A stretch of DNA of 64,000 nt from Chiloscyllium plagiosum. Taxonomy: Eukaryota. The notes below the pieces were generated by a model. That model made no database searches. It saw only the letters and a program-made list of their open reading frames with translations, and was not told the DNA's origin. Shown here piece after piece: positions 23,280-37,483 of the stretch; positions within the stretch are counted from its first letter, which is position 1; every line of letters begins with the position of its first letter. The translations under genes and the position numbers were made by a program. The DNA lies in contig NC_057758.1 of the NCBI RefSeq assembly GCF_004010195.1, forward strand, positions 3,540,269 through 3,604,268. Direction: 5' to 3'.

Positions 23280-26200
23280 GCAGGACAAATCCAAATTGTA
23301 AACTGCTTCTCTTGCTTGATGTGGGAACACGGAGAAATGTTTAAGAGTCGGAGAGTATCGTGAACGGCATGGACAGAGACGTGGTCACACCACAGACTCA
23401 GACGCAATAAGGTAGGGCAGGATGGCTAATCAGGAAATGCAGGAATCCTCTGTGGATGTTCTCCTGCAAAAGAGACATACCATTTTGGAAAACAGCAGCA
23501 TCCACATTCCTGCAAACATGGTTGGCTTTGCTGCGGAGGAAGTGAGAAATACGAATAGAAAAGATATATTTATAGGGAATTCACTTGTAAAGGGAATTAG
23601 TAGGTGATTTATGGTAGGTTCTATCCCTGTCGCGCGAATGCCAGAAGTCTCTGAGCGGTTGCAGGACATCCCACAAGGGGAACGCGAACGGCCAGTGCTT
23701 GTGGTATATGTTCGTGCTAACAACATAGGTTAAAAAATGGAGGAGGTGTGAAAAGCAAAATATCGAGAACTGGGACGGAATTTGAAATGTAGGAGCTAAA
23801 AGATGGTTTTCTCAGGATTACTACCAGTGCGACGTGATGGTCCTAGCAGAAACAGCAGGACATCTATGAATACCACGTGTTTGAGAAGTTAGTATCGTGG
23901 ATAGAGACCAGTTCTGGGTCAGGTGTGACCTAGATAAACTAGATTATTTACACCTTAGTAGGACTGGGACAGATGTCCTCATTAAGGAAGAGGCTGGTAT
24001 GTATTGCTTGTTAGATTGGTTGTGGAGCGCGCAGTCCATTGTGGCAGAGGAATGGCAACCTGAGGAGTAGGGCAGTACATGCAGAAGTTAACGAGAGTTA
24101 GAAATCATGGCAGACACGAGAAAGAGCAATAACTCGCAGGGAAACGCTGCTCTAAAGAGCAGGAGTGCTTTTTTTAGGAAATGCACGTTTGTCAATATGA
24201 GAAATATAACAGGCACTTATGGATTTAGTGAGAACTTGTACTATGACATGATGGCGATTACACATTTATTGTGATTTATTTGTTGAAAGAGGGACAGGAC
24301 TAGTAGCTGGATGTCCCAGGATTGGGATATTTCAGGGGCCATAGCAAGAGAAGTATTTGGTGATTTACATCATTGTTGAAGGAATACCCCATAACTACAT
24401 GGGATAACTGAGAGACGGTACAGCATAGTACTCGTGCAGCGAGTCAAACTGTGTTGAGGTCAGGCACGGGAAAGGTGGAATTACAATGCTTGTGATGAAC
24501 AGCAGGCCTCGCAAATTCCAGCGTGAGAGATATGAGAGAATATATGGACAGTGTTTGGGAAGATGTAATAAAAAAAGAGGTTGTGTTGAGTGATTTGCAC
24601 TTGCTAAATTAACGTGGATTCAAAACATGCTTGGGGCCTGCATTAGGCATAATTTGTCAGGATAATTCAGGAGGCTTTCTTTGCACAATTTGTAAACATT
24701 CCAGCCAGGGAGGGCGGCATACTGCATCTGGTATTTGGAAATTAGCCTGGCCAGGTGAATGAAATTTCATTGCTGGAGCGTTTGGGAGCAGTGACCACAA
24801 TACCACAATACCGTAAGGTTTTGTAACAGAAATTAGGCCATTTAGTAAATCGAGTCAGCTCTACCACTAAAACAACACTGAAAAGTTTCTCATACCCATT
24901 CTCCTGCTTTCTTTTCCTAACCCTGGATTCCCTTGATAATCAAGAACCTATTTATCTCTACTAAAATGTATTAAATGAGCTAGCCCGCACAGCGTTCTTT
25001 GGCAGTGAGTTCCACAGATTCACCACTCTCTGGCTGAGGTTCGTTCTCCTTATCTCCGTCTAAAACGTCTTCGCTTTACTCTAATGCTGTTACCACTGGT
25101 CGTCGTCTCTCCTACCAATGTTTCCCACAGCCACTTTGTCCAGACCATTCAGTTTTCTTACGTTTTGAGATACCGTGAATTTTAAGATCCGCGCAGATGG
25201 GGATAAGAACAGTGCTCATGTGACGGTGTGAAACTGGGGAAAGGTGAACTAAAACAATATTTGGCAGAAAATGGAGAAGTTTGATTGGAACCGGATGTTT
25301 GAGGGGAAATCCATATATGAGACTTGCGAGTATTTCAACAAGCATGCGCTAAAAATTCAGTAGCAGCAAATTCCTGATAGAATCAGGTGTCCTGAGAAAT
25401 TATTAGGAAATAGAATTAAGGGGATTCCTGAGTCTGTTTAAAAATGCATATTTTATACATTTATAAAATGAAATAAGGTAACGAGGAAAAGCATTGATCC
25501 TCTCAAGGACAAAAGAGGGAATCCCAGTATGGAGCTCCGGGCGATACATTGACTGAGTATTTAGCACTGCGGACTCACATCGCCTAGGACCTGGGTTCGA
25601 TTGGAGCCTCTGGTGACTGTATGATTTTGCAAATTCTCCCCTTGTCTGCGTGGGTTTACTCCGGATTCCTTCCACAATCTAAAGATGTGCACTTTTCCTG
25701 AAATAGCCATACAAATCTGCCCATTGTCTTCAGGGATGTAGGGTATCATTTTTGGCGGGTTGGTGTGGTCTTGTAGGGCTGATGGGCCTGTTTGCACGCT
25801 CCAAAGTTTCTATGATTCTGAAACGTCCGTGAGGCCTGAAATGAATACCTTGTGTCAGTATTCACTAAAGAGAATGAATCGGTGGAGAATGATCTCAGGT
25901 AACAGAGTGTCAAATCTTTTCGGCAAGCTTCTATAAAAAGGAAGAGATTTTAAAAATCTTCAAAGATATTAAGGATAGATAGTTCCCCCGCTCTTGATTG
26001 GATTTTTTCAAGAATATCGTGGGTGGCAAAATGCCAAATTTCTGGAGTATTCATAGACATCTTTGTATCCTCTTTGAACACAGACGAGGTCCCAGAGGTC
26101 TGCAAAATAGCCAATGCTGCTCCATTATTTAAGAAGGATCACTGAGATAATCCTGGAAATTACAGGCCTGTGCATTTCATGTCAGTGGTTGGGATATTTT

Positions 26201-27060
26201 TGGAAAAGATTCTTCGGGACAAGATCCATATGCATTTAAAATCAAAAGGTCTTATAAGCTATCGACAGCAAGGATTACTGCGGGGATGGTCCTTCCTCAC
26301 TAAATTGACCGAGTGTTTTGGGGAGATGATGAAGATGAATGATGACAGGAAAGCGATTGATGTTATCTACATGGAATTCAGTAAAGCCTTCGACAATACC
26401 CCCCATGGCATTCTGGTACAAAAAGTAAATTTACATAGTATTAGGAGAAACCCAGCTGTATGTATAGAGAACTTGCTAAGTCCTAGGAGGCAGAGAATAA
26501 GGGTGGAAAAAATGCTTCTCATAATGGAGCGATTTGACTAGCGGTGTTCAACAGGGATCAGTGGTGGGTCCCCTGCTGTTTGTGATCTCCATTAATCATT
26601 CGGAGGATAACGTGGCTGGTCTAATTAATAAGCTTCCAAATGGTACATAGATTGCTGAAGTTGTGGATGGATTTCACGGGAATGCAGGAGGTTGAGGGGC
26701 GATCTGTGAGAAGTTGCAAGATTGTGAATTGGAAAGTTATGCAAATTATGAAGCTTTATCAAAGGTTCGATGGTACAATTTTTAGTGGACACAAGTTCAA
26801 CGTGCGGGGAAGGGGAGATTGTAGGTGCTGATGTTTAAAAGAGATGGGCGAGGCATTTTTTTTTCTAACTAAAGATGGTGAATGCCTCCAACATACAGCC
26901 AGAGGAGATAGTTAAAGCAGACACAATAGAAGAAGCACCAGGACGAATGCATGAGTCTGAAGGGAATAGAGGGGTATTCATCCTGTAAGTGAACACAGCT
27001 TTAATATGGAAGAGTATCACGTGGAGGCAAATGTTTGAATGTTTGCACGGCTTGTTCCTG
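23280..27060 (+). mobile_element. Degenerate near full-length CR1 LINE (ORF1, endonuclease, RT) with nested minus CR1 3' end (~24825-25150) and SINE (~25555-25820)
   Basis: FIGNSLVKG (ORF1), LFKK..NPGNYRPV, and DVIYMEFSKAFDNTPHG in ORF 26170-26541. Confidence 0.8.
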
Positions 27061-27804
27061 TGCTGTGTTGTTCCTTGTTCTTGGAGAAAAGTGGCGAGAC
27101 AGACAGAAGTACAAAGTAGGATGATGGTGATGGAAAGAGAGAAATGGTGCAACAGAGCAAAGATGAAAAGAAAGGGAAAAAGATATAATAGAGACAAATG
27201 GCTGGAGGAAAGCTGTAAGTGGAGAGTGCGGAAATTTGTACCTCCGAGGAACTCGTGAGGACGTTCACGAGTGAGTGAGTATGAAGGAGAAAGGAGGAAG
27301 AAAGAATGGAAGAAACAGCAGAATTGGGACGACGTTGCATACGGAGAAGAGAGAGATAGGAAGAAAGAGAGGTTTAGAGCGTGTGTAGAGCAATGGGAAG
27401 CAGGGCAAGATGAAGAGAGAGTTGTAACTTCAGAAGTGAAATTAGGAGCTGGACTACTTGAACTCACCTCCTGAACTCGTTCACGGTCCCATCACTTTCC
27501 CTGAAGACCAGGCGTTGGGCCTGAGTTGGTCTTTATTTGGTTCAGCCGTTTGAATGAAAAGGCAAAACCACCAGTAAGCTCTGCCGCTCGGCAGTTTTTA
27601 CTGAGCATGTTTATTACTAACAAATTGAAGTTGGAGACAGGGGAAGTGAACTAGTGCTTTGTCCTCCTGGTCCCGAAGTTGACATAACCTGTGTGGGAAG
27701 ATTGGAAAACCAGAACTACACACAGAATTTGACCATAGTGACAGGCTGTTTCATTGTTGCAAACTTGATTTGAAATTGGAAAATTCTGGATTTATTGAGT
27801 AGTT

Positions 27805-28285
27805 AGTCACTTTTGATTGATTGATATATTTGGGGATAATTTAGGACAATCTTCAGCTGCTGCCTGAACGTAGCCTGAGTCACAGCATATATTGCAGTTT
27901 CTGTTCAGCAGCTGAAGACCTGCAGCATGAAGTGCAAATCCTGCACAATGTAAAGTAGGTACATCGATTGACAACTTTAGCCAAGCATCCGGTATCATAC
28001 AAAATTCAGTGTAATATTGACAATGACAGGTTAAACTTGTCCAAGATCACAAACAGTAAAATGAAGTTTTTTTTCTTGAAATTACATTTCAGTTTCTTTC
28101 TGACTCTCGCCGTTGCTATGGGACCAGAGTCTCCTAAGGGATTTGCTGCTCATTAAAATGTCTCTGATGTTTAAAAAATGGAACAATGTGAAGCGTAATA
28201 ATGAGAAATGCAGCATTTGGGTTTGAATTTGGTACAGAATATTAATTGTTACCTGAGAGAAATTCACACCGACTGTTCCATCGCA
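27805..28285 (-). pseudogene. GPR139-like GPCR fragment (TM5-TM7), old pseudogene (copy D)
   Basis: Reverse complement reads FMLQVFSC*TETAIYAVTQATFRQQLKIVLNYP, homologous to copy A. The 3' flank also resembles 15330-15930. Confidence 0.8.
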
Positions 28286-29352
28286 AATTAAGACAGTTTG
28301 TGAAATTGAATGAACTCATTTCTGAAATCCAGGTCTTTGACATCTAACACGATAACACTCTCCCATATACCATTCTTTCAGAGTCTTTCCAGTCATTTAC
28401 CCAGTCACGACTGATGCACTTTTAAGCAAATCTGATTGAGCCAACTTCTCAATCGACCATACTGCACATGATACTCAATGTCTGCAAACGAAGCCAATTG
28501 CAAAACAGAACCGCACAGGAAAGGAGTTCTAGTTTTCTATGTGAGCCACGAGCGCGCTGACAAGGGAGAATTAAAATTGAAACTACACAGATCACACACG
28601 AGCGATATTTCTACTGACATCTCGTTAAATTTGAATATTATCACGGTTAACGTTTTTGCAAATGTCAGCATATTCTTGGTGCCATTTCTTCTAAATGATT
28701 TACATAAATAATCTCAATGCAGATGAAGTTAACTTAGAAACTATGAAAACTGCAACAACCTGAATAAAATGGTATTTATTAGAATCTTGCTGCCCAAGGA
28801 TGGATACTTCACTGTTTCTCTGATTCATCTCTTCGCAAATGTTGCCAGACATGTCGATTTTCTCCAGTATTTCCTTTATTTATAATGTAACCAAGTATAC
28901 TGCTGTACAAATTAGGAATAGTGAGAGAGGCCAATTTGAATGAATACATTACCGCAATTGTAAAAAATGTGCGAGGCCGAACACGTGAGGTGGAACATCG
29001 ATGGAACGTGACTGTTTTCTCCACACGACATTCGTTGTCTGAAAAGAGTCCTGCCAGATTTCACATCGACGAGCTCTCTCCCATAACGTGCCCACACCAT
29101 AGAATATTCAGATCCCGTTGCTGACAGAATTGTCAATACCTGTGAACATTCTGTAACGCCAGTTCCGATTAAAATTAATCTTGATTGATTATTTCAAATG
29201 GACGTCTTCCATTTCAGTGGATGAAATTGAATTCTTTGTATTTAATATGGATGCTTAAATTCATAAACATCAGGTTATATTAGGTCTATGACTGCAACAT
29301 GTGCTGTATTTAATGGACTAGGTTGTCTTTACTCAACAACAATAATAGGTGT

Positions 29353-29939
29353 TCTCGAATATCCAAGATGTGTGAATGTAGATATGAATCATGTCACATA
29401 TTAGCAGAAAGAAGGCTTTATTCCGATGGAGACAGACCAGAAAATAAGACTATTTGGGCAGAACTGCTGCTCAGCTAAATTTAATTTATGAACTTAATTC
29501 GAGATTCCAAACTCTTGCCCTCCCTGGCCCCTGCCTTTGCTTCATTGAGTTCAAATTCCCCAATCACAAATGTAGTGAAGAAGGTTCACCGGACTTAAAA
29601 CGTTAATATCTCACCACTCACTCTATCCGCACTAACTATCTTTGTAAATGCAATTCATATATTTCTGAACTGTTGGCCGAGAACTGCTTTGATGACCCGA
29701 TTGATAAAGGCGTGGAACTCAAACTGCACGATGAGTTAGCTCACTGTAACCCAGCAAAATAGAGAATGCTACAGAAATCCAACAGACTTTACAGAATCTC
29801 GAATATTAAAGATGTGTGAATGTAGATATGAATCATGTCACATATTACTGGAAAGAAGGCTTTATTCCGATGGAGACAGACCTGAAACTAAAACTATTTG
29901 GGCAGAACTGTTACTCAGCTAAATTCAATTTATGGACTT
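29353..29939. repeat. ~143-bp direct duplication (29353-29495 and 29797-29939) of the GPCR C 3' region
   Basis: AAGATGTGTGAATGTAGATATGAATCATGTCACATATTA...CTCAGCTAAATT is present twice. Confidence 0.9.
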
Positions 29940-29980
29940 CTGTCGAACCTCTCTTTGGATTAATACCCACAGAGATTTTG

Positions 29981-30840
29981 TCATTTTTTCAGCTCTACTC
30001 TGAATTTGCTCTGTGTCGCTGCATAAATACAAGGCTTCAGAAAGCAACTGAAAAGCTTCAAGATATCTCCCACTTCAATGGCGATAAATTCAGGGTTGGT
30101 GAACTTGACTCGATAATTAACCATGTTTGTTAATTTGGTAACACCTAAAGTCACGGCATTTGTCAACCAGAGCAAGAGAAAACTTACTGATATTGAGAAT
30201 AATAAAATGATGGACTTTCTGCGGTTCTCCAATTCTGAGTCACTATGATTCCCACTCTTGGAGCTCCGCAGTACAGTGCGGGTTCTATTTGCCAGTACAA
30301 TGCGTTGGACAGTTAATGTATTACATAAGGTAATCAAAGTGAATGGAATCCAAGTGACACAGGCGCTGTAAAACCAGACATAACCTATACCTGCAGAAGA
30401 GGAAAAAAATGCTGCACTTGACTGACAGCCCCACTGCATGTTGGTAATAATTTTCTTAGGTTCATAAGCAAAAAAAAACGGAATTTCCTTCAATACGATC
30501 ACAACTGTGATGAATATTACGAGAGCGATTGCAATCCTTTCGGTGCAATATTTTTTTTGAAAGTTTTGGCAACAAACCACAACAAATCGATCAAGTGTGA
30601 ATGAAACAAGGCACCAAACAGATACATCGGGTGTGACAGCGGTCAAATATATAATGACTCTGTAAACATGAGTATGCGACAGAAATGACAAAGGGAAGTG
30701 ATAACTACAGATGTGATAGAATACGACATTGTTGATCAGGACTAATAGGTCTGTTGTTGCTATGGCCATCATGTAAACAGTGATACATTTAGAAAGACCA
30801 CATTTCCTTTGTGAAAGAATCCAAATTGTGGCCAAGTTCG
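29981..30840 (-). CDS. GPR139/GPR142-like GPCR exon 2 (copy C, divergent paralog, possibly a pseudogene)
   Basis: Acceptor ttttcctgtcttatag then (A)NLATIWIL; CGLSKCIT.YM, LDRFVVVCC, RRKSIILLF, KPCIY. ORF is continuous. Confidence 0.85.
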
Positions 30841-31697
30841 CTATAAGACAGGAAAAAAAAACAATGCATAATGCATCAGTGCCTGATTCAAATGAAACAT
30901 GATCATGTCAGTCTATGTTATGTACTTAACAATATACAAGAAATATTTTGTCACCTAGCACAGGGATCATTCTCTGAGGGATAACAAGGCAGTCCAAGTA
31001 TACATGGAATCATTAAGGAGCCTTAATATCATGCCATAAAGATGAAGCAAAACCAGTGACTAAAATGCAAGGTAGACAAACCAGTTCTCCAAGTTAGTTA
31101 TTCTGCAATGGTGGCACGAAAAAATTTGTTCACTTGATGAATTATGCGAATTAGCTAGAAGAGTGATGATAGGGATAAATACAGATAGATTACAATGACC
31201 TACAAAGTCCTCTAGTGGAGCAATGGCAGTAGTTGTTACTCTGGAGTGAGAAACACTGAATCAAGTCCCCCCACTCGCCGCTTCAGACGTTTCAAAATCA
31301 TCTTCGAAAAAGTTCATCAGGAAAAAATTGTTTAAAAATGGAATCCACTCACCCGGAATGGCTACAGATGCAAGTAGCGGGTAATAAATTTCTTTCACGA
31401 GCAGAATTGCAGGCTTCTCCATTTTTGATGACAGTTAATGATATCTGCAGAAGCTGGAACACTTTGAATACCCACTGCAGAATCAGTAGAAGGGATTCTG
31501 TATTTATGCATACATTAATTCCTCGGGGAATCAATCAGTTACAGTAATCACACGCATTTAATAAAGAGAATCAGGGAAGATTGTTTTTGCTGAAACATGA
31601 GATTGAAAGAAACAAGAACTGCAAAGTGGAGAAAATTCTACTATATACCTACTGAAGTAACATCAGGAGTACTTCTCGTGTAACCTGTGGATAATGT

Positions 31698-31770
31698 CTG
31701 GGACCCCAACTGCATCTGATAATGTACTATCTCTCTTTAATCTGTTTCAGGCCTGGTCCCTCTGAGCCAT
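31698..31770 (-). pseudogene. Degenerate exon 1 candidate for GPCR C
   Basis: QIKER*YII then frameshifted AVGVP, the usual end of exon 1 in this family. No GT donor follows. Confidence 0.4.
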
Positions 31771-32109
31771 CTGCGCTCTTGCATTTCCAGCAGTTTGGGA
31801 ATCGCCCACTTTGGAGACAGTTCTTATTCCAACCTCCTAAACTTCTCACGTCTATGAATTCACTAGGCCACACCGGACTCAGTATTCCCTGAAGACTGAC
31901 GACATCACTGTTTTCTGGCCGAAATCGCCTTCCCCTGTGAACAGGACCACCTTCACCGACCCTTTAACCTTTGGTCGATGCCAATCGACAAATACTGAGT
32001 GTTTGAGATGCTGGGTGACTCATCGCCTCTGAAAAATGGTCAGGCCTTTAAAGGATATAATCAGTCAGTGATTTTTATTAATATTTATATATCTTAATAT
32101 ATATTACGG

Positions 32110-32540
32110 AGACAGCTTCTTATGAGGAAGGGCTAAGGGAGTTCAGGCTGTTTTCGTTAGAGCGAAGAAGATTAAGAGGTGACTTAATGGAGGAATACAA
32201 GATGAACAGAGGTTTTGAAAGGGCGGACAGTGAGAGCCTTTATACTAAGGTGGTGACGGCTAGGACGAGGGGACGTAATATTAAACTGAGTGGCAGTAGA
32301 TTGTAGGATAGATGTCAGAAGTAGTTTCTTAACTCAGCGAGCAATAATGGGGCACAATGTCATGCCTGCAAAAGTAGTAGACTCGCCAGATTTATGGGCA
32401 GTTAAATGCTTAATGGATAAATATATGAATGATAATGGAACAGTGTAGGTTAGATAGGCTTCAGATTGGATTCACAGGTGGCGCAACATTGAGGGCCGAA
32501 GGGTGTGCACAGTGTTGTATTTTTCTATGCTCTATGTTCT
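32110..32540 (+). mobile_element. HER1/CR1 3' fragment
   Basis: Similar to 37070-37483, with a TTCTATG-type tail. Confidence 0.8.
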
Positions 32541-33719
32541 AAAATTGTTTCCGCTCACAGTCTGTGGGTACGCATAAGAGTCCAAGGAGAATGTCATCGA
32601 AGGTCGTGTGATTTAATTCACAGAAACAAGCTGCTGAGGGAGATTTTAGTATTCACTGCTAAAAGATTTCCATTTTCTCACATAACAAACACCTTCTCGA
32701 TCATCTGTCAGGAACTTAGTTGGCTGCACCACTTGTTCCCGGTATGTGCTCACCACATTCTCTCATACATATCTTTATTGTGGAAGACGACATCTTATGA
32801 TCACGCTCATGAAATGCATGAACGAAATGCTTGTGAACTAAGTCCACATCTTTGAATGTTACTCCTACACCTAATTCTTCCACGAATGGAAGATGGGGAA
32901 AAAACGACCGTGATTTATTTTTGTTTACAAACCCTACAGATCCAGCAGCTTTTTCTCAGCCTTTCTTCCTGTGCTGCTATTTTTGTATTTCTTTTGCTTC
33001 TTCCTGAATGGGTCCTATCCATTATTTGTATGACTACAGTCGCTTTCTGCAAAATATGTTATCCAAATTGAATACGTTGACCGTTAAACTCTTTCATGTG
33101 CTATCGAACAGGCCAGATCTCCACAAATACTTCAAGAAAGTAGCCCGGTCCAAACCTTTTGTAATCTTTTTGAGCAGCTGTGTTGTAGATATTCCTGGAG
33201 TGATGCAGCTGGCCGAACTAATTAGTATTTAAAAATGTATTTGCAACTTTACTGATTGAACCACAAACAAAACAGAACGGAATGTAGAATAACTTAAGAA
33301 ATGTGAAAACCCGAGAGATTATCGCAATTTACTGATGCTGTCCCAAATAACCGCAACAATCCCCAAATGCACTCCTTTGCCCAAAAAAGGAAACGCCAAC
33401 ACTGGTTCTTCCAGGAGAGATGTCAGAGAGAGGGAGCATCAGCACGAAACTGCTTCTCTGGGTCCAGCAACTTCAAAAATGACTGCTGGCTAACACCAAA
33501 CCAAACCAATCAAAAGCTAAGCTTGCAGAATTGCCCCAGACCCTTTCATTGTATAAGTTTTTACTTTTAAAATTGAAAGCCTTTTTTTCCTGAGGAAATA
33601 TATCTGTTAGCTATAAGCAAATTGGTCCTGAAACCCTTTAAACTTTGACAATCTTGAAGCTGTGTTTTTTGAGCTCTTTGAACTGAAAACAAGGACAAAA
33701 TAACCTTGGTGTAGGAGGA

Positions 33720-35270
33720 GCATCACCACACAGTTGATGATGCATTCTGTTGTACCAGATCCCCTCCATACCATTTCCTTTGAACACGAATTCTCTCCTT
33801 GTCCCAGAGACTCCTTTACTCTGCTCCAACACTCTGCCTGCAAATGCACCACTCCCTCTGACCTTTCACCTGAAATTGATCTATTCATTGAGAACTGCCG
33901 CCATCAAATTGGTCGCCTCAATTTCTCTGTGAATTCTATCCCATTTCAGCTGATATCCCCCTGAACTGACTGCATTCTGTATTTTCTGATTCAATCCTGA
34001 CATTGTTATAAAGCCTGTCACCAAGGACTGTGCTGCCGTTGTCTGACCTATCGACCTCTGCTTACAGCTGTTGAGCAGTAACTTTCGAATAACTCCAGCT
34101 AACTCCATGTGGACCATGCCTCCAACATTGAACAGCCGACCAAAGTGTATACAATGGTCACTGATCTTCTTTTAACTTCTGAGCTCCCTTCCACTGCATG
34201 ACATGCTCATACTCTCCCTACTCCGTACACCCCACTCCCATATCCTTCCCAAAATTGATAAACAGGTCTCACTGGCATACCTGTGGATTCTGTCCGCTCT
34301 TGCCCAGCAGAACCCATCTGTTCCACACTCGATTCGATGTTACTCTCCTCTTCGGTTCATTCCCACATACCTCCCCCATTTCTCTGATGCTTCACTGCAG
34401 TTTCGGGATTGTCAGGTGGGGGACTCTAGCCAACGTTTCTCTAGCGAAGGACATTCAATCAATTTAAAACCCCATCCCCATCAGGGTGGTCTCAGGACTT
34501 TCTGGTAGTTCTTTATAATAATAGGCCACATGTACCCAGACTTTCTTTAACCTTGCCCAGCTTAGACTCACCCTGAACAAAAGCTCAACTTCTCCAGTCC
34601 AAAGCGGTCATGGGTTCTTGCGTAGTCCACAGTGAAATCTGCGTCCTTGTGAAGTAGGATTGACGTCCCTTGTTCCAGTCCCCGCCCACAGCTCTCTCTC
34701 TCTGATATCGATGACGTTATCAGTGCTCTTTTATTGTCTCATTCAGAATTGAAGGAAGATTATCTGCTACTTTTCCAATTTCCACCCTGCTCTCATGTTC
34801 ACGTGGTCGAATTTGGATCTCCTCTTCCCCGCCCCCCTCCATATCTACATTTAGATTTCTGGCGATGGGTTGCCCACTAATATCCATTAAAAGTCCATTG
34901 GCGACACAATTATGTTGACGATAAGTCCTCACACCCTGCTTTCTCGAAAGACTCTATTCCATTCTCCTTGTTTCTCTGTTTCTGTCGCATCGTTTGTGCT
35001 GATGCGAAATTAAACAAGGAAGCTTTAGAAATGTGCACCTTTATGCCCAACGTTGATTTTCGGAGCTACCAGGGCCCTCGAACCGTCTCCCACACTTCTG
35101 CCCCAACCTCTCTCTTCCCCCCCCCCCCCCCCACCCCAACTTCGATAGTGGTCATCTTGTCTGGACACACCAGCAGCAGCATTCAAAGGATCATTATCAA
35201 CCATTTGTGCTTTCCCGCGGATTGCCTCTACGATTTATATGTTCCCCTCTAGTCTCGTGTCAGCCTTCCG
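33720..35270 (+). mobile_element. Old Penelope-like element, RT region
   Basis: Frameshifted NPDIVIKP, LPKI.K, A.MG and IDD remnants in the expected order. Confidence 0.65.
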
Positions 35271-36939
35271 CAAAGAGCTGAGGCTCCCTGGAGTACTCTG
35301 TGACGATACTCTCATTTTAACAAGGTAATTTTGTCCTTGGTTCTTTTTGTAAATGAGACATCGTACACACAGAGGTACTGAAGAGTCGAGGAAGAGCCCA
35401 GCCTAGCCATGGCAGGGGAGTTCAGGTTGATTTTAGTATGGTTTAGCTGGATTGGACATGATCTACTGGATTCCAGGATAAGTTGCAGTGTCCAGGAAAT
35501 GTTTCATGTCTAATGTTCTCTATGAAACATATTTGAACGTTGTTCCTTCCTGCGTGCAAAAAATTGTTTTAGAATTTACTTTTTTTGCCAATAGGTGTGC
35601 TTCTGGGATGAGAATTGGATTGGAACAGTTCATTGGTTATGACTTTGTCGGGTCAGCTAAGATTTGAAAAAGCTAAAGTTTTTTCTAAATTCCGTTTTCT
35701 TTTGGTTGTGTCTCAACTGTAGCGCTTAAATAGATTCCGTCTTGAGTTATGCCGAGTCGTTTGAGTAGCTGCACCACACCTGGAATATGCACTTCACATC
35801 TGCCAATAAAATGCAAAAACATTAGCGTCGAGGTAACTTTTGTAACATATTTTTGCGGGTGTCTGGCCTGGTCCATAAAGCTCTTTCTTTTCTCCCAAAT
35901 CGACTCTACAGTCTTGTTGCACATTCGTATGCAATTTTAGAATGTTTAACTCGTGCCTGTTTACTCTTTCAGTCCTGATCTTCCCTTTTTCCAGGCAAAG
36001 TTTTACCTTGACTTAAGTCAAAGTTGTTTTCTCTATTCACTACTTTCAATGCCGTGCCCCCTACACGAAGGCACTGAAACGCAGAACATGCTATTGTTTC
36101 TTTGAACAACTACTTGGTAGACATGACCATTTTACCCGCTATTGCAACGCACCACCGTATTTTCCGGTGATCATTCCTGTCTCAGGCTTGCTGCAGTGAA
36201 ACTCAGCGCAATATGGAAAATCAGTACATCTTTTTTTGATTGGGAATATTGCAGCTTAATATCGCACTCACTAACTTTTCTGATCGAACATCTTCCCCAA
36301 CGATTTTCGCCAACCTCACACACGAGGCCTCGTCGCCCCATGGCCTGCTACCATAAAATAGCCATTTTCAGCCATTAGTAGGCCACATTGTGCTGATGCT
36401 GTCGCTGTAATTGTTTCCTTTGTCATAGCGTCTTTTCACAGAGGGGGTGAAAGATTTTCACACCTGGCCACTGAAGAGCACTTGAAGACACAGTCTGTGA
36501 AGCTTTGAGCTTATTTTTAAAATTTGGAACAATGTAGCAACTTTTTCAGTGTAGATTTAGTCGGACGCTGTTGGGCTTTTAAAACATTTACAAACTTTAG
36601 TGAATGTCTCTTAGCTGCTTCGTTGACTACGTTTTCATGTGTTTTTTTGTCCATCCTGGAATGGATTGTTGCATTTTACATTCTGTGGCTGAAATTTCCT
36701 TTATTTGCCAAGGGATGCGTTCACAGAATGGTTATATCTTGGAAGAATTTTAAATGAAACGTTATTTATGCATGGACTACCGAAGAAAGCATGAACAAAA
36801 GAGAACACCCCTACTTCCCACCCGATTGACTCTATCACAAAATAATGACGCTGTTCGAAAAAAAACTTGCAAATCCCCATAAACACCGATTTGGCAAAAA
36901 AAAGCGGTAAAATAAAACACAGGTTTTACCAAATAGATG

Positions 36940-37483
36940 TATAAGACTCTGGTGCGGCCGCATCTGGAATATTGTGTGCAGTTTTGGTCGCCATACTATA
37001 GGAAGGATGTGGAGGCACTGGAACGGGTGCAGAGGAGGTTTACCAGGATGTTGCCTGGTATGGAAGGAAGATCGTATGAGGAAAGACTGAGACACTTGGG
37101 GCTGTTTTCATTAGAGAAAAGAAGGTTTAGGGGTGACTTGATTGAGGTGTACAAGATGATTAGGGGGTTAGATAGGGTTGACAGTGTGAACCTTTTCCCG
37201 CGTATGGAGTCGGGTATTACAAGGGGGCATAGTTTTAAATTAAGTGGGGGTAGATATAGGACTGAAGTTAGGGGTAGGTTCTTCACTCAGCGAGTCGTAA
37301 GTTCATGGAATGCCCTGCCAGTAGCAGTGGTGGACTCTCCCTCTTTATGGGCATTTAAGCGGGCATTGGATAGGTATATGGAGGATAGTGGGTTAGTATA
37401 GGTTAGGTGGGCTTGGATCGGCGCAACATCGAGGGCCAAAGGGCCTGTACTGCGCTGTATTCTTCTATGTTCTATGTTCTATG
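36940..37483 (+). mobile_element. Young 5'-truncated HER1/CR1 LINE with 6-bp TSD
   Basis: Intact ORF 36937-37401 (YKTLVRPHLEYCVQFWSP), (TTCTATG)n tail, TAGATG at 36934-36939 and 37484-37489. Confidence 0.92.

Noticed and set aside
26865..27467. 200-aa hydrophobic ORF
   Set aside because: Reverse frame of a purine-rich low-complexity tract with no family motifs.
29020..29140. Possible defensin relic (acceptor then NGI*...RCEIWQDSF)
   Set aside because: Only one Cys survives and too many changes must be assumed.
32940..33071. Possible defensin relic (DPAAF start; PEWVLSIICMTTVAFCK)
   Set aside because: Needs multiple frameshifts in T-rich sequence; not distinguishable from chance by eye.
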